Assembly (NCBI GenBank): GCA_964187785.1
Contig: OZ076409.1
Span: forward strand, 26,910,001 to 26,974,000
Length of the DNA stretch: 64,000 nucleotides
Source of the DNA: Amphiscolops sp. MND2022
Lineage: Eukaryota
Reading direction: 5' to 3'
Shown: piece by piece, positions 37,765-47,244 of the stretch
How positions within the stretch are numbered: the first letter of the stretch is position 1
Layout: every line of letters starts with the position of its first letter
Translations under genes and position numbers: made by a program
Notes under the pieces: model-generated
Told to the model about the DNA's origin: nothing
Database searches by the model: none
What the model saw: only the letters and a program-made list of their open reading frames with translations

Positions 37765-38305
37765 TAGGTCCAGTTTGTAGAATAGTCCTAGGTGCTCCAG
37801 TTTGTAGAATTTTTTTCCTACAAACTGGATCATTAAATTCTACAAACTGGATCATTAAATTCTACAAACTGGACATCCTTCACACAAGATCCTGGAAGCT
37901 CCACCGCCTAAGATCTAAAGGAATAAGATAAAAAACCCAAGGGGCCACGGGGCACTAGAAGAAATGGGGACATATCCGAGGCACGTTTTATGCTTTGCAT
38001 CATTGCTACATTGTTGGTCGTATCGTTTTTCTTCGATTCCAGAATTCTACAAACTGGGATTCTACAAACTGGACATCACCAGTTTGTAGAATACCATTTT
38101 ATAGAATCCAGTTTGTAGGAAAAAATTATACAAACTGGACCTCACTTTTCTACAAAATGGATTCCACAAACTGGTTTTCTACACAGTTTCCATACCTATC
38201 CTATGTACGCTCGTGATGGTGTATGCACGCTCGCCCTCACCGTCGCGAAGACCACTTTTGTACAAACTGGTTTTCTACAAACTGGATAGGTGCAGTTTGT
38301 AGATA
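37765..38305. mobile_element. Rearranged MITE(s) with CTACAAACTGG arms and pieces of core B
   Basis: More than 10 copies of CTACAAACTGG / CCAGTTTGTAG in both orientations. 37866-37924 matches 46296-46354; 37938-37990 and 38218-38256 match core B. Termini and TSD unresolved. Confidence 0.65.
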
Positions 38306-38360
38306 TCTGGAATCGAAGAAAAACAATGAGACCAATAATTAAGCCAAGTGACCATGGTAC

Positions 38361-38694
38361 GGGTGGCTGTTAATAGGTCGAATTTTTCTGGTCGAACCTT
38401 TTGATCGAATTGCAGGGATCGAATGGAATGCGGTCGAATTTTATCGTATTTGTTGTATGGCTCGGTCGCTTCGCTCCCTTCGCTAAGTAGCAACATTGAG
38501 GCATGGCCATATGGCACGTCGCTCCGCTTTGCTTCGCTCCTGCATTCAGGGCACTAGTGGTATGTGAACATATCTGACCACGTTACAAAAATATCGATCC
38601 GAGTTGTTTCGATCCCATTCAAAAATTTGGTATGTCGACCTGAGGACTAACTCTGATTTTCGATCCCTTTCCTTCGACCTTTTTCCGCCTAACC
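38361..38694. mobile_element. Second copy of the GGTCGAA-arm, core A MITE
   Basis: Aligns with 3282-3632. Degenerate 9-bp TSD CCATGGTAC / GAATGGTAC. Confidence 0.82.
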
Positions 38695-39323
38695 GAATGG
38701 TACAATATCATCACAAGAGCTTGGATAATCATTGATGTATATTGGAAACAATAGCGCTCTATAATCGTTCCTTGTGGTACTGTACAATGTCGCAAACTCT
38801 ATTATAACAAATTATACATAAAACAAAAAAAAACAACCGTAAGTTTTCAAAAACTATAAACATTAAAACAAGTAATCCAGCACACTGGTTAACAGCTATC
38901 TTTAATTACACAATGAGACGTCAAACTGTCCGACATTTTTTTTACTCGCTTCAATGAACATCATAGAGAATCGCAGCCCCTCGGACAACATCTGAAAACA
39001 TGCATGGGAGGCTCAAGCAGTTACTCTTGGAAGATTATTGACACCGCAGGAGACCAAGTCATATTACAGACGCTGGAGGCACTCCACATTGACAGACGGA
39101 AACCGGCTCTAAACACCCGAGACGAATACAGACAGCGACCGTTAACCATAAAAATTTAGCCGTCCCAAACGTTATGTTTGGCTGTTAGAAGTTATGAGCT
39201 TCGATGTCTCAATGTGTAATTAAAGATAGCTGTTAACCAGTGTGCTGGATTACTTGTTTTAATGTTTATAGTTTTTGAAAACTTACAGTTGTGTTTTATT
39301 GTTTTATGTATAATTTGTTTTTA

Positions 39324-39361
39324 GAGTTTGACAATGACGGAACTGTCGAAAACGTTTACTC
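39324..39361 (+). ncRNA. Minimal type I hammerhead ribozyme, U3-A8 core variant (pLTR 1)
   Basis: GAGT-TTGACAA-T-GACG(GAAC)TGTC-GAAA-ACGT-TT-ACTC: stem I GAGT/ACTC, stem II, GAAA, palindromic loop III. Confidence 0.75.
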
Positions 39362-41252
39362 AATAGAAGTATTTTTATCACGTTTCTTATCTTTACTCTT
39401 TATGGCAACGGTGATCCTTCTCAATTTTCTTTTGAAGAAGATCCTACAAAGGCATAACATTTGGAATTGTTATCAGCACTATTGCAAACAGCTAGCAAAG
39501 CAAATTTACGCAAAGAAACGTGTCGCATTTCTAAAGGAGTGTAAAAAGAATGGTCTGGTACCAGATTTTCTAAAGTTCCGGGTTCCAGATAACAATTGTT
39601 TTGATCCCTCCTCGGTCAAGAACTTTCAGCTGAGATTGCTTTCAAAGGAGCTCCATCAGGCAATAGAAGAGGTAAAAAGAAAGGAAAACTTGCAAGATGT
39701 TATCTGCACTGAAGTGAGATAAACAACTCCTGTGCACTTATTGATATTGCGGTGAAGAAAGCCTACGGACTGCCAACTAAACCTGACATGAGAAGGTCAG
39801 TCTTTAGAAAACTTCTGGAACTTGCCGTCTGTAATGTGTATTTCAAAGCCAATGATATCTGGTATCAAAAAACTGACGGGGTGGCTATGGGTGCTTCACT
39901 GGCAGTGATCTTAGCGAACTTGTGGCTAAAGGAATACGAGCACATGATATTTTCTGAGAATCCATCTTCAAGTGACATACCAGTTAACGACAAGTGCCCC
40001 AAAAGTAGTCGAAAAGTCCTAACAAAAAACAGAGGTATTGAATGTGATCGATGCCAATTTTGGTTTCATGGTCGGTGCGCGGGCATTTCCAACAATGAGT
40101 TAGATGATTGGCCAGAATCAAGAGAATGGCACTGTACACATTGTCTTGGCTCGGACAGTATGTATGCAGCGCCTAGAATCGGTCTCAGTAATGTAGATGA
40201 TGTCCTCCGCACAAGTAGAGAATCACCAGATACAATTCTACAGAAAAGTAATCAACTACACCCAAATCTGGAATTCACAATCGAGCTTCTGGACCAAGAG
40301 AGGGCTATAGTGTTCCTTGATATGAAGATTTGGCGCAAGAATAACGGGCTCTTGGTGACGGAATGGTATAGAAAGCCTTCGGACACAGACGTGCTGTTGA
40401 ATTATCGTAGCTGTGCACCTTTGTCGATTAAAAGGAACCTTATTCAGGGAACAGTCCATAGAATATTTAACGCAACATCCTCATGGCCAGCAGTTGATGA
40501 AGCGCTGACAACTTGTAAGAATGTTTGGAAGAAGAACCAATATCCGGAAGAGTTTACTGATGCTATCGTGCTAGATACCCTCGAGAAATGCAGAGAGAGA
40601 TATTCCAACAGTGTTGGAAATGCACACAGGGACAAGGAAATAAAGAAAGACCACTTTATTATTCAGTACAGGGGGCGGGTTACTGATCAATTTGTTCAAA
40701 AACTCAGAAAACTCATACCAATACAGCCGATTTTTACAACGAACAAACTGAAAAACCTATTGCCGAGTTTAAAGAGTGGGTTCTCTAGAATGTTAAAAAG
40801 TAGAGTAGTATATGCAATGACATGTTCTGGGTGCAAGCTCAGCTATGTTGATCAAACTGTCCGACATTTTTTACTCGCTTCAATGAACATCATAGAGAAT
40901 CGCAGCCCCTCGGACAACATCTAAAAACATGCATGGGAGGCTCAAGCAGTTACTCTTGGAAGATTATTGACACCGCAGGAGACCAAGTCACATTACAGAC
41001 GCTGGAGGCACTCCACATTGACAGACGGAAACCGGCTCTAAACAACCGAGACGAATACAGACAGCGACCGTTAACCATAAAAATTTAGCCGTCCCAAACG
41101 TTATGTTTGGCTGTTAGAAGTTATGAGCTTCGATGTCTCAATGTGTAATTAAAGATAGCTGTTAACCAGTGTGCTGGATTACTTGTTTTAATGTTTATAG
41201 TTTTTGAAAACTTACAGTTGTGTTTTATTGTTTTATGTATAATTTGTTTTTA

Positions 41253-41290
41253 GAGTTTGACAATGACGGAACTGTCGAAAACGTTTACTC
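41253..41290 (+). ncRNA. Minimal type I hammerhead ribozyme, U3-A8 core variant (pLTR 2)
   Basis: Identical to 39324-39361. Confidence 0.75.
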
Positions 41291-43180
41291 AATAGAAGTA
41301 TTTTTATCACGTTTCTTATCTTTACTCTTTATGGCAACGGTGATCCTTCTCAATTTTCTTTTGAAGAAGATCCTACAAAGGCATAACATTTGGAATTGTT
41401 ATCAGCACTATTGCAAACAGCTAGCAAAGCAAATTTACGCAAAGAAACGTGTCGCATTTCTAAAGGAGTGTAAAAAGAATGGTCTGGTACCAGATTTTCT
41501 AAAGTTCCGGGTTCCAGATAACAATTGTTTTGATCCCTCCTCGGTCAAGAACTTTCAGCTGAGATTGCTTTCAAAGGAGCTCCATCAGGCAATAGAAGAG
41601 GTAAAAAGAAAGGAAAACTTGCAAGATGTTATCTGCACTGAAGTGAGAGAAACAACTCCTGTGCACTTATTGATATTGCGGTGAAGAAAGCCTACGGACT
41701 GCCAACTAAACCTGACATGAGAAGGTCAGTCTTTAGAAAACTTCTGGAACTTGCCGTCTGTAATGTGTATTTCAAAGCCAATGATATCTGGTATCAACAA
41801 TCTGACGGGGTGGCTATGGGTGCTTCACTGGCAGTGATCTTAGCGAATTAGTGGCTAAAGGAATACGAGCACATGATATTTTCTGAGAATCCATCTTCAA
41901 GTGACATACCAGTTTACGACAAGTGCCCCAAAGGTAGTCGAAAAGTCCTAACAAAAAACAGAGGTATTGAATGTAATCGATGCCAATTTTGGTTTCATGG
42001 TCGGTGCGCGGGCATTTCCAACAATGAGTTAGATGATTGGCCAGAATCAAGAGAATGGCACTGTACACATTGTCTTGGCTCGGACAGTATTTATGCAGCG
42101 CCTAGAATCAGTCTCAGATATGTAGATGATGTCCTCCGCACAAGTAGAGAATCACCAGATACAATTCTACAGAAAAGTAATCAACTACACCCAAATCTGG
42201 AATTCACAATCAAGCTTCTGGACCAAGAGAGGGCTATAGTGTTCCTTGATAAGAAGATTAGGCGCAAGAATAACGGGCTCTTGGTGACGGAATGGTATAG
42301 AAAGCCTTCGGACACAGACGTGCTGTTGAATTATCGTAGCTGTGCACCTTTGTCGTTTAAACGGAACCTTATTCAGGGAACAGTCCGTAGAAAATTTAAC
42401 GCAACATCCTCTTAGCCAGCATTTGATGAAGCGCTGACAACTTGTAAGAATGTTTGGAAGAAGAACCAATATCCGGAAGAGTTTACTGATGGTATCGTGC
42501 TAGATACCCTCGAGAAATGCAGAGAGAGATATTCCAACAGTGTTGGAAATGCACACAGGGATAAGGAAATAAAGAAAGACCACTTTATTATTCAATACAG
42601 GGGCGGGTTACTGATCAATTTGTTCAAAAACTCAGAAAACTCATACCAATATAGCCGATTTTTACAACGAACAAACTGAAAAACCTATTGCCGAGTTTAA
42701 AGAGTGGGTTCTCTAGAATGTTAAAAAGTAGAGTAGTATATGAAACGACATGTTCTGGGTGCAAGCTCAGCTATGTTGGTCAAACTGTCCGACATTTTTT
42801 ACTCGCTTCAATGAACATCATAGAGAATCGCAGCCCCTCGGACAACATCTGAAAACATGCATGGGAGGCTCAAGCAGTTACTCTTGGAAGATTATTGACA
42901 CCGCAGGAGACCAAGTCACATTACAGACGCTGGAGGCACTCCACATTGACAGACGGAAACCGGCTCTAAACACCCGAGACGAATACAGACAGCGACCGTT
43001 AACCATAAGAATTTAGCCGTCCCAAACGTTATGTTTGGCTGTTAGAAGTTATGAGCTTTGATGTCTCAATGTGTAATTAAAGATAGCTGTTAACCAGTGT
43101 GCTGGATTACTTGTTTTAATGTTTATAGTTTTTGAAAACTTACAGTTGTTTTTTATTGTTTTTTGTATAATTTGTTTTTA

Positions 43181-43218
43181 GAGTTTGACAATGACGGAAA
43201 CGTCGAAAACGTTTACTC
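43181..43218 (+). ncRNA. Minimal type I hammerhead ribozyme, U3-A8 core variant (pLTR 3)
   Basis: GAGT-TTGACAA-T-GACG(GAAA)CGTC-GAAA-ACGT-TT-ACTC; stem II is perfect and capped by a GNRA loop. Confidence 0.8.
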
Positions 43219-43499
43219 AATAGAAGTATTTTTATCACGTTTCTTATCTTTACTCTATTATAACAGATCGTAAAATGTGTAGATGTATTTTTAAAGTGTC
43301 ATTTTATTTCAGAGGATCATTGTATGAAATAAATGTTTTATTAACAATGTTTCTACAAAGAGAGGTTTCTATATGATTCTCTGTTCTCAGTAAGTGGACG
43401 AGCAACTTCTGCAATCTACAAAGATCCTGCAAACAAGGAACATTTACCCTTTTCCCGTCAGTTTGTTCCTTTGCATCTTATTCCTAACAAAGCCTGAAC

Positions 43500-45830
43500 T
43501 GGATCGGAGCTACAATTGTATCGCTCATGAATATCACCTCGTAGTATCACGTGTCGTGTGCTTCAAGCGTATTCTTTTTATTTGTCCCTAAAGTATCACG
43601 TATCGTGTGCTTTAAACCAGTTCTATATCTACCTTGCTAGCATCACGTATCGTGTGCTCCAAGCAGAAAAAAACCAGTGAACGTGTCCGCCAGCCATAGT
43701 GGTGCTCAATTGCCCCATTGAACGATGTACCTACGACACGGGGGATATCGAAGCGGCTCAAGCCATCGCACTTTTCACGGTGCACGGATATTCACATGCC
43801 CCCGGCGCCTGTCAACCGGCGAAACCAGACAAATTGTCTCGCCCAAAAGTGTCTAAAGAGAGTACGAGTGAAGACTGGGAGTACTTCATCACCAGATGGG
43901 ACGCCTACAAGACAGCCACACGCATAGCCAACCATGATGCCACCTTACAGCTCCTCGAATGTTGTGAAGACAGTCTACGCAAGGACCTCCACCGCTCTCA
44001 CTCAAACATCGTCATGGCAACCGAGATAGACGCCCTGACAGCAATCAAGACTCTAGCCGTGAAGGCTGAGAACGCCATGGTGAGCAGGATGACTCTCCTG
44101 ACAATGACACAGGACAGAGAGGAGGGTGTTAGGAGCTTTGCCGCTCGCTTACGAGGTCAAGCTAAGATCTGCAAGTTCTCAAAAAACTGCTCTCACAACC
44201 CACTTGAAGCAGTTAATTACACTGACGACATGGTCTTTGACAATCTCATTAGAGGACTTGGCGACAGCGACATGCAACAAGATGTACTGGGACATAACGA
44301 CCAGGACATGACCCTGGAGGACACGATCAAGTTTATAGAGGCCAAAGAAGCTGGTAAACGATCACAAGCAACTCTCTAGAACCCGAGTGCTGCGACAGTA
44401 TCCTCGTATAAACAGACGGACAAAGACCAACACGTAGTCAAATGCCGAAATTGTGGAAAGCCATGCCATGGGGATGGCCGCGATACACAGGCTAGGAAGG
44501 AGAAATGCAAAGCCTCCGCTCGCTGCTCAGGAACCAGTTTAACCCTTCCAGTGCATCTGTGCGGATAACTTCAAATACAAGGGCTGCAATTACATGGTGG
44601 TTGTGGACCGCTTTTCTGGTTGGCCGATTGTGCAGCAATCACGAGATGGTTCTTCAAGTCTTGTAAAATGCCTATGCGAAATGTTTGTTACATACGGCAT
44701 TGCGCGGCATTGCAGACGAACTATCGTCAGATGGTGGACCTGAATTCACGGCCGAGGAGACACAACATCTGTTGTCAAACTGGGGTGTCCATCACCGCAT
44801 CTCATCTGTTGCACTTGCCCACTAAAATGGTCGCGCCGAGCTCGGGGTCAAGACCTGCAAGCGCATGCTCATGGACAACACTGGCCCGAACGGCGAGATC
44901 AACCTCGACAAATTTCAAAGAGGCATGCTTCAATACCGCAACACCCCTGACCGCGATACCGGTTTATCCCCAGCACAAATGATCTTTGGACGACCTATAA
45001 AGGACTTCATCCCCATTCTGCCTGGTTCATACAGACCTCACAACACCTGGATAGAAACATCACGGGCCAGGGAAGAAGCAATGCGTGCTAGAAATGTCAG
45101 AAATGCTGAACGCCTCACCGAACACACAGTACGGTTACAACCCCTTAAAGTTGGGGATTGGGTCTTTATCCAGAACCAGACAGGTAACCATCCACTGCGA
45201 TGGGATCGAACCGGCACTGTGATCGAGGTGAAACAATTCAAACAGTACGCCGTCAAAGTTGATGGATCGGGCAGAGTTACTCTCCGGAATCGGAAATTTC
45301 TACGGAAATTCGACAAGATCGTTGTGGACCACATACCCGGTACTACCGGCACCATCCAACCTTTGAAAACTCTCAACAACGCCGAGAATCGGTCTCCGGT
45401 GAATCAACGAACCAACTCAGAACAGGCACAAGATCCACCTAAAGCAAAGCCGCAACCGGAAACAAAGCGTCAAGTTCTGACCGGTGCACAGTTTATACAA
45501 CACCCCCAGAGGCAAACTGTCCCATATTCCCCCCAGAGACACCGGCAGTTACAATCAAAGCCCCACTCAAGTTCAATTGCCCACCAAATGAGTCCCTCGG
45601 AGATGAGAACAAGCCTTTGCTGGACAAAGATATCATGCCCCACATCATTTCTGCTGGATCACCCGACAAGGAGTCCAGATGTTTTGATAAACGCAATGAA
45701 ACTGGATCACCCAACGAGTCACCTCTAGCAAAGACCCCCCCGGATAACCCACGGACTCCCCCCAGACGGTCCCAGAGAGAAAAGCGACCCCCTGTGAGAC
45801 TTGGGGACTACATTTCATTGTGACAGTCCT
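43500..45830 (+). mobile_element. Internally deleted Ty3/Gypsy element (gag joined to integrase; protease, RT and RNase H missing)
   Basis: Gag 43699-44510 (CPIERCTY, WEYFITRW, Q..EEGVRSFAARLR, CRNCG..H...C). Integrase pieces from about 44520 (PFQC, VVVDRFSGWP, SDGGPEF, LQYRNTP, RNRKFLR) and a PRRSQR..RL.DY tail. Three GTATCACGT(A/G)TCGTGTGCT leader repeats at 43543-43660. Possible degenerate tRNA-Met PBS TGGATCGGAGC at 43500. Confidence 0.82.
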
Positions 45831-45883
45831 CCCCGATCTACTACGATCAGTTCTACCTACCTACCGACCAGTACCTACGACAA

Positions 45884-47215
45884 TAGGGAATGCAAACTCA
45901 AGTCAAGTAGTTTGACGCAAACTCAAACTACTGTCGTTCAAACTCAAACTCAAACTATTAAGATCCTTAATTTCAAACTCAATCTCAAACTCAAACCCAG
46001 ATTAAAGGACAATCGAGCCCTACCTTATAATTATAGGAACTATTTAATGGAAAATGTCCTAATATTTCAGACGTCGACATGAATGAAGTCGAGGTGATTG
46101 CAGCCCGCGATGATGTCAGCCCGTCTCTTTGTAATGAGACAGAACACAAGTTGCCCGTAGTGGATAAATCATCCAGTAAAGCAATCGCTCACTTGTCTTC
46201 GGGCAACAAGTTCGAAATTGAACTAGTGCAATAAGTTCGACTGGAATAATTTCGAGACAACAAGTTCAAAATTTCATATCGGGCATATCCGGTGTAAACT
46301 GGACATCCTTCACACAAGATCCTGAGAGCTCCACCGCCTAGGATCTAAAGGAATCTGAAAACTGAAATGTTGGGCATACCCGGTGTATGCACGCTCGCCC
46401 TCACCGTCGCAAAGAACAGCTCCCACAACGTTCGCTTCGCGATCTCCGTTCCCGCAAGGTCTTTGCTCCTGTTCGACCTTGCTTAACAAGACGGGAACAT
46501 AAGCGGCCCCAAGGGGCAACGGGGCACTAGATGAAATGGGGTAATATCAGTGACACGTTTTATACTTAGTCCAAAATTCGAACACAGTGACTCGAACTTG
46601 TTCCTGTTTTTGGAAAATTCGAACTAAGTCCATTCGAAATTAAAATTAGAACTTATGGGTTCGAACTTATTAGCGTGCCCCGCTCACTTTTATGTCGAGT
46701 ATTGCAACGGAAGAAAACCGGAGTCCCGAAAATGCTTGAAATGTGGAGAAAGGCTTAAGTGTCCAAACGCTGGTACAAGTTCTCTTCATCGTCATCACAA
46801 TTTGTGCTCCAAAAACGCTCTCAGAAACGACCAAATGAAATCCATGATGAAGAATTTTAGGCCAACAAGTGCAGACACTGAGCGAGTGTTTTCACTCGCA
46901 AGAATTTCCAAGATTTTTGCAAAATCGCATGTCACCCGGCAATGTTTTTATCAATAAAAATACATCACTGTTGTATTGAATTTGTACGTTTTTGATTGTT
47001 TCAAATTTTGACCAATTGAGCGTTTTGAGGTTTGATCACTTGAACGTTTTGACTAAGCTGTGTTTTGACATGTGGTAGACAGAGAAATATGGGTGTTCCT
47101 CACAAACAGAAGTCCGAACAAAATTAACGGTCCACAACTAACTCCATCTAAGCTCAAACTCAATCTATAATAAGTCATGGGTTGGCGTCAAGTTCAAACT
47201 CAAACTCAAACCCTG
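45884..47215 (+). mobile_element. Internally deleted hAT DNA transposon with CAAACT subterminal repeats
   Basis: TAGGG...CCCTG ends. BED finger CLKC...LHRHH and hAT dimerization motif PTSADTERVFS. No convincing TSD. Confidence 0.7.
46195..46680. mobile_element. Mutator-like MITE with CAAGTTCGA arms and core B, inserted in the hAT ORF
   Basis: 9-bp TSD CGCTCACTT at 46186-46194 and 46681-46689. 46369-46562 is the reverse complement of 3023-3212. Confidence 0.85.
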
Positions 47216-47244
47216 CCTTCAAACTCAAACCCACGAAGAGTCAA

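Larger units (their letters stand above)
38810..43251 (+). mobile_element. Penelope-like element array: inverted pLTR piece, pLTR, ORF (ATG 39402), pLTR, ORF (ATG 41331), pLTR. RT with inserted PHD finger plus GIY-YIG endonuclease; both ORFs defective
   Basis: FLKECKKNGLVPDFLKF N-terminus, DGVAMGASLAVILANLW, RYVDD (copy 2), LHPNLEFTIE, FLDM, WYRKPSDT, VVY..TCSGCKLSYVGQT, R..EH and LEALHI...PALN. About 1929-bp period. 38807-38918 is the reverse complement of the pLTR. Direct repeat ACTCTATTATAACA at 38796-38809 and 43252-43265. Confidence 0.93.

Noticed and set aside
37765..38305. Repeated 10-11-mers with variable spacers (also 2820-2940, 31545-31650, 59524-59670) resembling CRISPR or iteron arrays
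   Set aside because: The repeats are too short, irregularly spaced and inverted between arms, several sets are bounded by TSDs, and there are no cas genes. They are MITE arms.
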